A stretch of DNA of 64,000 nucleotides, taken from NCBI RefSeq assembly GCF_003704095.1, contig NW_020846500.1:186001-250000 (forward strand), in the 5' to 3' direction. This DNA is from Pocillopora damicornis. Lineage: Eukaryota. The notes under the pieces were generated by a model. That model did no database searches, was not told the origin of the DNA, and saw only the letters and a program-made list of their open reading frames with translations. Numbering within the stretch: position 1 is the stretch's first letter; each line of letters starts with the position of its first letter. Position numbers and translations under genes: made by a program. Of the stretch, positions 12,966-26,853 are shown in pieces.

Positions 12966-15900
12966 CGCGGGTGTCCTTCGGGAAAAAAATTGCACGCGCG
13001 CTAGCTTCACTTAATCCAACAAACTATACAACAGAAGAAAGCTTCATAACTGTGGGTTACGATAAAAATATGAATTAAGCGACTCTTTTTTTTCAAGGAA
13101 GTGTCAGGAGCTGGTAAGGTGTGAAACGACCGAAAGTTTTTCAATTGAATTTATCTGGTATCGGATGCCGCAGCAAAAGCTAAGTGACTGCTCAGTCTTA
13201 TTCACAAGGCAACAATCAACGAAATTTTGTCAGGCTTTTTCGATACTCTGCTTGGTTGTCTAGTTATCGGCATCTTAAGTGGGAGTAGCTAAAAATATCG
13301 AGGCGAGTTGCGTATATGGACACCACGGGACACATATTTCAAATATCGAAGTTTCTCGACACACTTTCGTTTCTCATTATTCCCGGAATGTTTTGGCGAA
13401 ATTTGACGAAAATCGGTCAAATCTATATGCTCTATAAATTCTCTCAAAGTGGTCGTATTCCTCCCAAAATCAAATGCGAGATTTTAGCTCATAAAGGTTC
13501 GCAAACAATTCGCGCCACGCCAGGAATATTCCCATACAAACTCTTATAATTTCGCCATGGCTCTTATTTCACAAGATGATCATCTCACAGCTGGAGCTTG
13601 GGCCGCCTGTAGACGGAGCTACTGACACCTTTTTGTGTAGTGTTACAACAATTGACAACTCGTTTTCTACAGTACACGTATCCCAGGAGTTAAACGGCGG
13701 TCACCGAATTAGATTTGAGTTCCTTTTACAAGGACATAAAGCAAACATTGCTAACATTAAAGCATCGATCACCGAAATGTCAGTACCTCAGCAACGTGTA
13801 AAAAAAAAGTTTCGCCTTTCCACCCACAATTTATGTTGTTGTCTACGTTTGGTAAAACCGACAAAAATGCAAGAAGCAACATTTGTGTCAGACAGTTACT
13901 ATTGTGCTTTGCACTTTTAGTCGATTGTCCACAATTGTTGAAACGTTGAGAAAAAATGATAAGAACCACGTGATGGAGGCATTATGTACCTCTCATAAAG
14001 CAATTTTTCTAGGAAATATCAGACATTGAAAACGACAGATTTGTCACATATTAAAATGGTAAGGAAGCCATCAATACATCCTTTAGAATTTGACAAGTTT
14101 TGAGAACAGTCTTAAGAAAAGAAAAAGAGAAAGTGTTACAGGCCTTTTTGATAACGTGATCCAGTTTTCTCAGAGCCTTTATTGGTCGAATATAATGATG
14201 TGTGTATGCTTATGAGAGTGCGATTGTAAACAAAAGTTTTCCTATAATAATTGACGATCTCCTAACTAGTACATTTAATTAATTACGTTTTTCCTTTCAA
14301 CAATTTTCCCTTCCACGATTTTGTCGTACGCTACTTTTTCGTTATTTGTCATACCCTGCTGTTATGCTGGAAATAAAACAAAACTTACAAAGATCATGCT
14401 CGAATTAGTAACCTCTAAAAAGAGCAGTGGGAAGCAATTTATCGGTCTATTGCCATAGCACGACAGGTGAATCAAATTAATTTTCCCTGTCGGTGCTTTA
14501 CTTCTCTCTTTGAAAATCATCATTCATCTCCCGGTGACGAAAACGCAGGAATAATAAGCAGACGAGTTTGAGAATTTTCTGTGTCTACTGCTTTTTTTTT
14601 TTCATTAAAAATTAGCATGTAAGATGCAAGTGGCTGGATGTTTGTCAAAGAGCCTTTTGTTTAGTTCCTTGAAAATGTCCTCCTGAAGGTCTTGCAGCCA
14701 GCTGCACATCTACAAACTGTGCACAATATACCCACCAACATTTGCATATTGGTTTCATTGTGGAACAAAGCACGGCTTGTGTTCTCGTTCGATGTTCACC
14801 GAAAAATATTGCAAAGGCGTAATGATGGAAGTAGCCGCCATTTGAATCAGTTCCTGTTATCCAAGGTGTGCTAAAAGTTAACTTGGCATGTTTCTGGTGT
14901 GAGAAGCTTTGAAAATGTCTAGTGCTGAGTTACATTCGGTGATAAATAAGGGTTTATCTTCTTTCAGTTGCTTGCAAACATCTTCCTACTGAGAAAACTG
15001 CCAAACACAAAAAGCAAACAAAGAGCTAAAAAGGCTAGACGAGAAAAAAGCCAGACTTCTAAACGACTCGAAGACGTAGGTTTTGAACCAAAATGATGAT
15101 ATGCGGCTTACGAAATCGCTCCCTCTTGTTTTGCATGATCTCAGTAATTACATATAGGATATTTTACCACCCTATGAAGTAAACTCATCCATCAAGGCCC
15201 TATAACGTTAATTCTTTATATTTGACGTACTGTTGTCTTTACGACTACATATCGTAGCCAGATTTCGATACTACTGAGCTTCATTTCTATAGCTTTACTA
15301 AATAATATGCTGACATTCTGTGCGTTTTGCACTTTTAGTTTGTAATACCAGCTCATGTTTTAATTTTTCACCAAATAGACAGCTTTTTTTCCTCTGTCGG
15401 TTCACTCTGTTTGACCTTGTAAAACCCTTCCGCGACATACCGTCTAGATTACCACCGTAAATTTTTAATTGTAGAGGAAATTCGCATAGGCATCTGAATA
15501 AACTTGCTATGTTTGTTGATCTGGCAGAGTTTTATTTATCTACTTACTTGCTGTTAAGGCGAAAAAACATCATCTCGATTTTAAAAATCGTACAGGCTAC
15601 CTGCTGGTTATGAATACTCTTTATTCTGTTGCTTACTAGGATTCTGCCAAGAGATTTACACAGAACGACCCATTTGGCTTCATCCGGTGTAAGTGCTCTC
15701 TTTTTAGTCATCTTTTTCATTCATTTTATTTTGTTTTATGTGAAAAATGTGCGATTTGAAAGGCACAAGCGAGGGCTTCCCTCGATTTTAAGAGGCATTC
15801 AAGTGCATCTTATGTGAACATGATTAACTTAAAAACAATTAAGACGACGGCAAAGCGAATAGAAAAAACTTACAAACAAAAAGGAAGCAAGATTTTCCCA

Positions 15901-16319
15901 CTGGAAAAACAGCGTGCACAACAAGCAAAAGGAGAGCACCATTTGAGGGTACATAAATGAGGAAATTGCAAAGTCAAACTTTTCTGTTTTCTAACTATTA
16001 AAGATAACAGACAAAAATTTGATGGTAATACTACTCAAAGGGTTTTAGAGAAAAAAACTATTTGTAGAAATCACTTGGCCCCGTTGATTTGCTTCAAAAT
16101 TTTCAAAAAGTGACCACTTTGCTTGTATCTTTGCAGTACCTCAGCAGAACAATTTTTCCTGAAAATAAGAAAGATCGTACTTAAATACTTTCCTTGACCT
16201 AACCCTTTTCTCTGAACGCAATTTGAAGGTTGATAACAGTGTTATTGATTTTAAAAAATTTTTGCGCTATCAGGGCTTGCACCCAAAAGTCGCACCTTTG
16301 GTTGCATAATTAACCAGTC

Positions 16320-16470
16320 GACTGTGGTTTAGTGTGTTCTGTACTCTTATCGACAACGATATTCGTTGTCAGTGGTCAAAATGTTGTGGACTCGCGAGGT
16401 TCAGCTGTATTCTGATCGACAACGGCAAATTCGCTAATTAGATTGCAACATTACTGCCAATTGTGGTAAA
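16320..16470. mobile_element. Degenerate interspersed repeat (MITE-like)
   Basis: GTGTTCTGTACTCTTATCGACAACGATATTCG...GATCGACAACGGCAAATT with an internal ATCGACAACG repeat; I recall this as a common anthozoan repeat but cannot verify it. Confidence 0.35.
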
Positions 16471-19283
16471 GAAGGCGATCCATGCCTGAAAATATTCATG
16501 TTGCGTTTCAAAATGGAACTCGTCGATAATCAGCTCTATTTAGCGACAGTCACAGTACTCATTGAATCTCTCCTTGTTTTGTAGCGGAAGTAAAAACCTA
16601 AATTAAATTATGATTTGTAATCTTTGTAGTTACGTAAGCTTAGTGTTCATAATTATCGATCAAGAAATTCCTCGGCAAACTCGTTTGGATTGGTAGAGAG
16701 GAAAATTCACTTTAATTTTACGGGAATTCTCCTTTTAAGACAGCGGTTTTAGCCCAGTCCTAGCCCAGTTTGTGTCGCGAAATATTTTCGAGATAAAAAC
16801 GCGGTCTTCGATTCGCCGAAAGAATCAATATCCTAAAGCCTCGTCTTAATATTGGTAATCCGTGGTCAAATTTACATATATTTGTAATATTATCCTTTTG
16901 AGCGATTGGCATCCCGCTGTTTTCGATATAAACTTGAGCACAACGATAATAGTACCATAAGCATGATCAGGTATCGGGAGGTTATTAACAAAGCCGCCAG
17001 TGTAAGATGTGGCACTCTAGTTGGTTTGTTTCCTTCTTTAAGTTTGAACCAAAATCATTTGAAGCACCATACATGTTCAAGGTAGTAATAAGCTCGTGTG
17101 AATCATATTTCTAAACGTTCCAGCAGTTGTAGTAAGTCATGTCTTTTCTATGTTCAAAAAACTGTTGACATGTAACTTGCGTGTGATACTGCAACTCGAG
17201 GATATCTTCGCCCGCGCTGTTACGACAGCTACATATCACACATAATTTTTAACCGCTAAAAGTGCAAGTCTTGTTTGTAAGAGAAACGTATTTATCAAAT
17301 GTTATCGCCTTGCCACAATGGAAATGATGAGAGAGAGTTCCTAAGAACCGTCTCGGTTCAATGCAAGTGAGGTCGAATTAGAAACGATAAGAATAAGTGA
17401 TTTATATTAGGAATGAATATCTCTTTAATTTTATTGACAGGTTGAACCAGATTTTACAAACAGGAAGGGTGTCTATAGTGATATTTGCTAAATCATCTAG
17501 ACGTCATTTGGGTTAAATTCTGTAGAACGTGACCCGGAAAATTGAAAAATCCTTCAACTTTTTAATGCTATTTATTACGTTCCTTTAGGAACGAGCTTTA
17601 TTCAAATACCTTTCTTTGGTATGGGACGCACTTGAATTGTTCTAACTGCTTTCGTGATGTGGACGCAATACTTTTTCCTCCATCTAGTGTGTGGGAAACA
17701 CAATGCGTAGATTTTCTGTCGCATTTGTTAGTACTAATGCAAACATAGCATTGTGCCCTTCTTTCAACTTTAAATGTTTTGAGGATCATGACACCATATC
17801 TTGTTTCAAACTTTTTAATATGACAAAGCCATTTGTAACTTTTCTTTTGTAAGAAGCTATTGCTAAATTTCATTCTGTCAATTTTGGAAAGCATAGTCTG
17901 ATGGTTTCGGCAGGAAGCTTTGTTTTAACTTTTTGTTTTGTGATGAAACTGTTTTGAACTGTATGCCAGATTAGGAAAAACAAAGGAGATTTACATCGCA
18001 ATAAACAGTTTTCAATCTTTAAATGTAGGATGTAGAGGGGAATAAGAAAGTTATGGCATTGAGTGACCAAACTTAAATTCAGATATTCATTTCAAAATTG
18101 TCCTTATATGAAAGTTGTCTAAGAGTCACGAGAATTTTTCATTAACATCTATTCGTTTCCATTTATCTGAAAAGTTACAAACAAAACGTGTTAAACAATA
18201 CCTCTATCTACCTTCATTTTTTAAAAGCATTCTGAACACTTTAAGTGGTTTATCGTTACCAACCACTCGCACGCAAACTTTTCAATCAACACGTGTGCAG
18301 TGATCTTCCGGGATTTATTCTAGTCCTTGGCATGTTTATGTTCTTTCAGCTTCAGATTTGAATTTTTTAATGGATCAAGTTATTGAGATTTTATTTCATA
18401 AAGTGCGTGCTCTGTTTTCGTTTTAATATGCGACTTTGTGCACGTTTGTGACAGAACATATAATTGCACCTGCTAATACCCTTTGTAAAGCAAAGGTTCA
18501 TCTGCTCCTCAATCGGTTGATAGTTCAGGCATTATCGAATTCTGAGTTTTCTCGCAATCTGTTCAGCAACTATGGATCGTCTACTTTGGGAACTTTAGTC
18601 GTTTTTCGAACAACGGGGAACTGTGTACATTAGAACAGATTGCTTGCAAACGTACATTTGGATGTTTACATTGCTAGAATAATATTTCAAACCACTATTC
18701 GTGACCTTCTCCTTTCGATATCGAGGAAGGAGATCTTCACAGGGGCTAAATGATTGAGGTAAAAATTGTGAGATATTTTTAAGGGGAGGTTATTGCCCAG
18801 TCATACTGGTACTGTTATCAGAAGACTGAAGTGTCACAAACGCCTTCTTAATTATTTTTCCTTTCCTTTTACGTTATTGGAAAATCCCACCTGCCCAAAA
18901 CTATTTGTTAAACTCAGCTTGTTTTAAGACGTTTGACTTTCTACGTGTTTATTTAAGAAAACGCAAGGCATTACGGGTGCAAATTACTCGTCTTTCTCGC
19001 TTTAATCACTCTACATATTTTTGACCATTCTCTTGGTGGGTGATACAATGTTCCCACTTGAGGAGGTAGAATTTTTAAGTTTCTACCTCTAAGTAACGGC
19101 GAACTCATATTTTGCACCTCACAACGCGCTGTAATAAGCGCGAAGCAACGAATCAACTGATCGCAGATTCAGTTTTGTGTTTATGGTTTCTTTCAGAGGG
19201 TTTGTCCGTCACCACATAATCAGCTTCCGCCATACTTGTTAACAGTTTTAAAGGACTCTTCGTCTGAGCAGAAGATCTTCAGC

Positions 19284-20474
19284 ATGACCGAGGTTAACAC
19301 TGGGATGACTATCACTAACTGTACTTTTATGGTCGACAGCGTCGATCGACGGAAACATCTTGCTCCGACAAACACCGCTGTTATCGTATTGAACTCTATT
19401 TTCTCTCTGATAGCTACGATTCAAAATCTTCCAGTAATTTACGCAATTGTGCGAACACCTTCCCTGCACAATCCTCCTTATATCCTTTTGTGCTCGTTGG
19501 CTTCGACGGATCTTCTCGTCGGATTTATCATTCAGCCTTTGTACATCGCGCACAATGCCATTCTCCTAAGCGGGCAACAATTCAACTGCAGCCTTTGGAT
19601 GACGAAAGAGACACTCTTACTGTTGTTTATGTTTGTATCTATCTCGACCCTGGTCATGATAAGCACTGAGCGTTGGCTTGCGCTCCATTTTCACCTCAGA
19701 TACCGTGAAATTGTCACAATGTCGCGGACGCTCAAATCGGTTGGCTCAACTTGGTTCTTTTGTACTGTGTCGGTTATCGCGTGGCCTGCAGGGCTCCCTA
19801 TTTACTACTTCACAGCAATCGGAATCGTTGTCATAACGATAGCTGCAATTTTGCTGCTTTTCATGTACATCAAAATATTTCTGGTGCTTCGTCGACACCA
19901 AGCTCTAATTGACAACCAAACCAAGCTTCATCCTCAATCAGTCAGCATAAGGAAACATAGGAAATCTTCCGCCACCATGCTTTACGTTGTGGTTTTGTTC
20001 TTCATTTTCTACGCGCCTACGTTCTATGCTATGATTCACTATTTACATTCTAAAGAAAAAACGGCCAGCGTGGAGCAGACAATTTTATGGGAGGTGGCCA
20101 AGACGGTGGCGTTAATAAACGCTTCCGCGAACCCTGTAATGTACTACTGGAAAATGCGGGAATTGCGACGCGCCGTCCAAAATGTGTTTGGCTCTACGTC
20201 CGCAACACGGGTTCATGTGGGAGATGTTATCACCCCTGGATCAGGGAGCATGGAGAATGAGTTTAGGAGTAGAACAGAACATCAGCGGCAAGGATCGTTT
20301 TCGCTTAGACCGCGAGTAAGCTGGTCGAATACTGCTCTTTCTAAACCAGATCTTCGTGAAGATCAAAGTTGCTCGGTAACGAAACCACCGGAGAAAAAAG
20401 TGTTCCTCTTGCCGAGATATCTCGAGCCTGGCCCGAGCTTTGGATGGCAAGTACCGTCAAGCAGCGATAAATAG
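19284..20474 (+). CDS. Class A (rhodopsin-like) GPCR of the cnidarian adenosine/melanocortin/histamine-receptor-like expansion; single coding exon, 396 aa
   Basis: Seven hydrophobic segments; TM1 QN, TM2 LASTDLLVG, TM3 STERW (E/DRY variant), TM4 W, TM6 FYAP, TM7 NASANPVMY, helix 8 ELRRAV. First ATG is at 19284; the acceptor TTTCTTTCAG ending at 19196 suggests a 5' UTR intron. Confidence 0.93.
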   Translation: MTEVNTGMTITNCTFMVDSVDRRKHLAPTNTAVIVLNSIFSLIATIQNLPVIYAIVRTPSLHNPPYILLCSLASTDLLVGFIIQPLYIAHNAILLSGQQFNCSLWMTKETLLLLFMFVSISTLVMISTERWLALHFHLRYREIVTMSRTLKSVGSTWFFCTVSVIAWPAGLPIYYFTAIGIVVITIAAILLLFMYIKIFLVLRRHQALIDNQTKLHPQSVSIRKHRKSSATMLYVVVLFFIFYAPTFYAMIHYLHSKEKTASVEQTILWEVAKTVALINASANPVMYYWKMRELRRAVQNVFGSTSATRVHVGDVITPGSGSMENEFRSRTEHQRQGSFSLRPRVSWSNTALSKPDLREDQSCSVTKPPEKKVFLLPRYLEPGPSFGWQVPSSSDK

Positions 20475-22445
20475 AAAGCCTCAAGTAACAGAACGGGTCA
20501 ACCGCATGATTTCCTTGAGTGTTCGCAATTGCATAAAAACATTTGGAGGGCTCTCCTCGCTTAAGTTAAATCTTGCTTTAAATCTCCTTGACATTTAGAT
20601 TAAATAACAGACAAGTTTTTTTTTAGTTTCTATAGTCTATTGAAAATTGTTTTCGTCATTTGAGGCAAGATGTTTCGATTCCTATCGCCATTTCCATCGA
20701 GTTCTATATTCAAGAACCTTTGTGAATGAAGATCAACGCATTTAGCTTTGTATGAAATTATTTCATCAGGCACTACACTTTTCAAGTTAAAATTCTGAGG
20801 GCTTTTCCTGTTGGCTATAACATTTTATTGACTCTTGACAATCTTTTGATTTAAGAAATAAGAGCGATGTTTTGTTCACAAGAGCCCTTGAATGGTTTTG
20901 TGTGTGAAATTCAGGGCGGTAGACTGACGCTGAATTTTGTTTTATGTTAATTTTTACCAGACATTTGCTCGAGGGAAACCGACATTAGATTACAATCTGA
21001 CGTGCTCACATTTACTTTTCTATTCCACTTCGTTTTATTGGCGACGCTACATCTCAGCTAGTCTAAATTTGCGGTGAAGGTCATTGTTTTTCCTTTTTTA
21101 AACAACATATCACCGAATACTTTACTCGAGGTTTCATAGAGTAACCTGATATTCTGTCGACATGATGCCGGACGGCAATTACGCGGTGAAATCGCCAGGT
21201 AAAGAATCCTTTCGACTTAAATAAAAATATCCTATTATCTTACGGAAATGTTTGCCCAGAACAACCCAATGTGTAAAGAAAGAAAACTTCAAATAAATTA
21301 AAAACATGGGCCCAAATATCCAATGTGAGTGTACTATTGGATAACAACCAATCGAATTTCAAAGGACGTCTGATTAATATCGAAACTAATATGCTACTTT
21401 TATGGCTTGTTTAATCTTTCAATTTAGATTATAAAAATGTTTTTAAAACCGTGCGGCGCTTATATGAATTATTCCCTTTGTATTAGACCATTCAATGTTT
21501 GGTAATTTTCTGCGGCTTATTTTTTTGTGTTATTAGGAAATACAAAAGCTTTTATTACCCAGCTTTAGGAAATATTGTTTAGGGTTAAAAATGTGTCGTC
21601 TAAGCCAAACAGAACAAAAAAATTCGGATTGATAACCACGCATAATACGCGACATTTTATTTAATATCAAGTACTTAACAGATATTTCTTTTAACAAATG
21701 GAGGTGCTTTTGAAAGTTTGTTTCTTTTTTTTCTTCGCATTGATGGTCTCTTTCGCTTGAGTTATAGAAAAGCTGAGGGACTTGTCTTGGTTTCTTTGAT
21801 TAAAATCTTCAAGAGACAGCTTGAAAACGAAATTTAGAGGTGTTGCAGTTAGGATCGCTGTAAGGCTACAAAACTACGTAATTCTGCATTATTTTTATTT
21901 GTGAACTGACCTTACCTTTCCTGCACAAACAGACAGTCGATGCATTTCACTTCATCGAGTTCGATACGTTTCGTTTCATAAACAAATTGTACTGATCTGC
22001 AAGCGTCTTAAGCGATAGCTTTGCACTCCAGCAGTCGACTACATTGCAGAAAATTATGCATTTATTGAAACAAATTTACCATAGTCAAAAATGATTTACA
22101 AGCGAGAAATATCATAACCAATATCAATGACTTTAGAATCCTTTCTGGGTGGAATTTTCAGTTAGCTTTAAGCTCACAACAAAAAATGTCTGAGGTAAAT
22201 TCTAAGAAGTCAATGCTCGCATGCGAAAAATCCTCCTTAAAACTACTTGAGTAAAACAGTTTAACTAACGTATATACCAAACCTCGCATATATTTCAGGA
22301 TAACTAGCATCAGTCTCTAAATTGAAAAAATTAAATCCACTATTATCTTCGTTCGAAAGAATGATGAAATAACGAAAAAAATTCGATTCATTGTGAGATC
22401 GATTGGCCTATTACGCCGTTGTGCTAATCAATACAATTGTGTTCA

Positions 22446-22760
22446 TTAAAAAATAGATGCGAGCGCAGTTTTGGCAGCGTCTGCAGCATCTTCAGCAGCT
22501 TCTTTAGCAGCGTCCGCTGGTTTTTCTTCCTCTTTGGATTCAGCGCCCAACATGCCGCCAAGGCCACCTGGTATCTTAGCTAACAGGTCCTCCTTCCCGT
22601 CTCCTGCCAGCTTCAGAACCTGCTCCAATTTTTGCCGTAATTCGTCACATTGTGTTTGCAGACTAGTAACTTCGGCAGCTTTCTTCGATAGATCTTCTTT
22701 CAAAGAAGCTGCCTCGGCAGTTTTCTCAGCCAGTTGTTTCTTAATGTCTTCTTCTGCCAT
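22446..22760 (-). CDS. Small 104-aa A/E/K-rich helical protein (N-terminal coiled coil, Gly hinge, amphipathic Ala-rich C-terminal helix); function unknown
   Basis: Coding-like composition; AAAATGG start context immediately after the acceptor TTTTCGTTCAATTTTAG; minus-strand AATAAA at ~22061-22066. Confidence 0.75.
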   Translation of the reverse strand: MAEEDIKKQLAEKTAEAASLKEDLSKKAAEVTSLQTQCDELRQKLEQVLKLAGDGKEDLLAKIPGGLGGMLGAESKEEEKPADAAKEAAEDAADAAKTALASIF

Positions 22761-23979
22761 TTTCTAAAATTGAACGAAAATTATAAGATGGTAACCTTGA
22801 GGCTTGAGGCTTGTACGAAGCCTGAAGGTTTTCATTAGGCTCTCACTTCTACAGGCATTATCGTTTTGTTTGTGCATTCGCAAAAGTCCCTTTTCAAGCT
22901 GAGATTCAGCGAAGTCTTTCTTTAATTTGTGTGCTCTGGTTTCCCCCTTGTCAATTATATAGAATACGTCAACTTCATATAACCTTATCTCACAATGAAT
23001 TTCGCACAAACGCAAGTAGATCTGCGGCCACATTGGCTTCAAACCCTGTTTGTCAAGTTGAAAATTTGATTAACTGCAGTTGAGATCACAGTTACATTAT
23101 GTGATCAGTATTTACTTAAATAACTGGAAAAGTATTGTGTTTCACGTAACAAGCTGACCACTACTGCAGCACTCCCTTTAAAAGTGACGAATAGTATTTT
23201 TCCTCAAGGGGATTTTACTCGGTTCACTGCTATCGGTCTGATCTTTATAGCAAAATTGAGAAAAACATTATGCCCTACCTACCAAACTTGTTCTATTTCC
23301 CGGCCTCGTCGTCTGTGGAACAGAGTAGCGAAGTCTTATAAGCTGATTGATAGCTTTGGCGCAGGTTGAGGCTTTAAGAAGCTACTTTAGGCGCCCCTGA
23401 GTGAGAATCATACATGAATTATAAATTAACAACAAGTTGTTAAAAGAGTGTAAAATGCGCAAAGCCAAACGTCCACAATTTCGTGCCAGGTTTCGTGGTT
23501 TAACGGCCTGACGCCACATACCCGCAGATCCTATCCATCCATTTGAACAAAGCAGAGTGCTATTCCTTTTCGAGCCACTTTTCTCAGCTTATCCTTTAGT
23601 TGACTGTTTAACATTATCATTTTATATAAGAAAAGAGAAAAAGAAAATTTCTTAACAAGGTCCTATAACATGCAAATTAAATACTCCTAAATACATGTAT
23701 TTTTACTTTCAATTAAATTAGCAACGTTTGTCAAAAATGTTTCTCTCCCGTGCAATATATAGTCTCCACGTTGTCGTCAAACAGTGAGTAGAATGAAGGA
23801 AAATAGTTATACTGCCCGGTCCAATTCTCTCTGATAATTTATCGAGAATTGAATAGTATAAGGAAAACGGGAAATCAAAAGATAAAACTCTACGTATTGT
23901 AGTTTTTCGCATATTTAATTATCAATTTAGCACAAATTACCTGTTATCCTGCGGGTGAGCAACCACCATTTCCCGATTC

Positions 23980-25398
23980 ATAATTTAGCAGCGGTTTGCG
24001 TTTGTTAAAACCCACAGCGTCCCTTTGCGGTGTTCGGCAACGGCATTCATCAAAACGATAAACATCTTGTGAAAGCGAAAATTCAAAAGAAGAAAAGGCA
24101 AAATGGGAAAAGTAAAACTATTGCAAAACAAAAAAAAATGTTGTCAATTTAAAAAACATTTAAAAACCTGCGCAAACAAGATAACACCAGACTCGTCGTA
24201 AATTATGCGGTAATTAATAAAGAATTAGCCAGAAACTGGGGAAGTAAAAATGTCATTTGTTACCACTCATATGTTTGCTTTGCATTTTGTCTTCATTCAG
24301 CGTTTGCGTGTTCCTTTCCTTTAAGCTGCACTTATTTACTTATTAAGAATTTCAGAAAATCGCTTCCGCTGAGGAACTATATTTTTAATTTTAGATTCAT
24401 CAAAATTTAAAGGGTAGTTTTCTCCGTGTTGCGACCAGGCTTTAATCTTCCGTGGCAGCCTTTTTTTTACGCGCCCTAGTGGATGGAGTAACCACTGTAT
24501 TTAAAAAATTGTGTATTAGCAAAAGTTCAAGGAGTCAACGATGGATAATAATTCGACTGGTATACTAGTGATTTATCTGTTCTACTGTACACAAAAAAAA
24601 TCGAAGAATATTTTATATTCAGAGGCCGATGCTACGAATGTTAGTCTGAAATGTTTATAACATATCTCTGTTCGCCAGTCAGCCTTCCTTCGGCACAATG
24701 AATTCTAACATTAGAGTAAGAGTCTGTGAAGTTATAGTTTTACAATTATATGGAAAACAACACCGAGTAGCGAAAAGTAGCATCACATAATGACTGATTT
24801 TAAAGATTCCATGGGAGCTGCACACTTTTAACGAGACCTGCGATGGATTCAGACACGGAAATATATTAGCCAATCACGTAGCACGAACAAAAGTCATCTC
24901 TCGAGGACGCTGTCATGTGGTATTGTCATTGCGTTTCCTACCAAAACATCCTACCTTGTTCTTTTCCGCGAAGAAATTTAGACTGTCAAAATAAAGTCGT
25001 TTCTTGAAAACAACTGTGATTTCAGATTTTCATGCCTTCACCACATTGAGATACTTCTCGATTTCCCCACGCAGGAAACTTGCGACTTTGCCAAGCCTTT
25101 AAGTAGGCAGGACTCTTTTTATTCATAAATTTACCAAAACTCCTTGTTCGTAACAAATTCGTTAGAACCAGACCTGTGTATGGGAGGTTTGGCCCTTTCT
25201 AGCAGCAAATGAATCTTTCTTTAATTGAACAAACTTTATGTAAATATGCGCTTTGTTGTAGAATTTAGATCTCCAGGTTAGTCCGAGAATAAGTTTGAGG
25301 AGGATTATTTCTTGGTGAATTAATGATTCGATACAGATCCTTAAAATCGAATGAATTAGCCAAAAAAGAGGGGCATAGTTGTTTGACTGAACTAAGCC
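23980..25398 (+). repeat. Direct duplicate of 32752-33892, with a ~275-bp extra segment at ~24326-24600
   Basis: Collinear near-identity by eye from ATAATTTAGC..GGTTTGCGTTTGTTAAAACCCACAGCGTCCC to GAACTAAGCC; ends at the N gap. Confidence 0.92.
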
Positions 25399-25498
25399 NN
25401 NNNNNNNNNNNNNNNNNNNNNNNNNNNNNNNNNNNNNNNNNNNNNNNNNNNNNNNNNNNNNNNNNNNNNNNNNNNNNNNNNNNNNNNNNNNNNNNNNN
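25399..25498. other. Assembly gap (~100 N); further gaps at 26854-26952, 30921-31020 and 32652-32751
   Basis: Runs of N. Confidence 0.99.
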
Positions 25499-26544
25499 GA
25501 ACATTTCACCTCAAGATTCTATATTAGAGACTTAAAAACTTCAGGCAAAAGTATTAAATTCGACCTGTCGAACTATTTTATGTTACGGGAAAATTTACTG
25601 ATTTTCTCGTGTGTGTTATTCGTAACATATTTATTCGTAAACTTTCACATTTAACCATTTCAAGTCCTTTCATTTCAATAAATCGAAAAAATGCATAAAA
25701 ACCACAGTAGCTTTTGAATAGATTTTTGTTGTTACTCGCTTCCATCATATGCACCTGCTTGTCGGCACTTTTGTTATTTATTACATGGTTTTTTTTAGGT
25801 AAATATAAGTGATAATGGTCTTTCTGGAAACATTGGTTTTCATGGTAGATAGCAGCTGAGTTTAAACGCGTAAATCTAATTTCTTTTCATGCAATGGTTT
25901 CCAAACCAATCTTGTATAAATAAGCAGAAACTTTTAATTACTTTTTTCGTTTTTTATTTCCTGAGCTGCGCTACTGCAATTAAGATAGGTATTGTTTTTT
26001 ATACCAGAGCTGTAAATTCGCACCTAGGTTTCCTACTTTAATGGCTTAAAGTTTATTGCATCCGTCTTTATTATTTTGAGATACTTTCCGTCGTAGAAAC
26101 AGATGGAATAATTAAGTAGTTTTTGTTTAGCTTCAAAGAGACTTTTTTCCGCTCCTTTGTGTCCTTACTCAAATATTGCGATTTGTGTAACAATAGCACT
26201 TCGCACCAGTTACTTCTTAAGCAAGTACCTTGTACAGCTTTGATGATTACAAACTAGAGTATGCTAGAGGTCATGTCGCTTGTTGGCCTGACCTAGAATA
26301 AAGGTACTGTGGAACCAAAGATTGTCTTATCCTTGACGTCCGTACAAGCTTACTAGAAGTAGATCTCCGTGTACCAGGAAATCGTGACGAGTTTCCGTTC
26401 TCGCTGCCGAGTAGTCTCTACAGAGTTATTTCCCCCAGTTGTTGTTGTCCCGTCCGCGAAGATTCAGTTCCCCAGTTTGGAGAGAAAAACTTTATCGTCA
26501 CATTTAGTTTGTAAACTATCGCAGGAAGTGAACTTTGATGGTTT

Positions 26545-26853
26545 GACACTTTTGACAGCTTTAGTCTTGTACAGCCAATCAGATTATTTGAACTATTCTA
26601 ATAGGGATTCTGATTGGCTTATTGTAGTGTGCTTTATGAGAGTATAGAGCATGCTGACGACATTGTTGTTTGCCTTGGAAATAAAGTTTATTTTGAAAAT
26701 TGAAAGTAATGCTCGGGGAATCTAATGGATTATTTATTATAAAACAAATAGAGAAGCCTTGACTGTGCTCTGTTCTGTTATAAAGCACGCAGTAAGCGCG
26801 CGGCTAGAGCACGAAAGAAGTGTAAGGAGAAACACGAGACGTAGTCGAGTGTT
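26545..26853. mobile_element. Interspersed MITE-like repeat cut by the gap
   Basis: AGCCAATCAGA..TCTGATTGGCT palindrome and ACTGTGCTCTGTTCTGTTATAAAGCACGC...AAACACGAGACGTAGTCGAGTGTT half-hairpin ending at the gap; family recalled as an anthozoan repeat. Confidence 0.5.

Noticed and set aside
13576-13920. 114-aa ORF in the long intergenic region
   Set aside because: No recognisable motif, splice support or coding-like composition.
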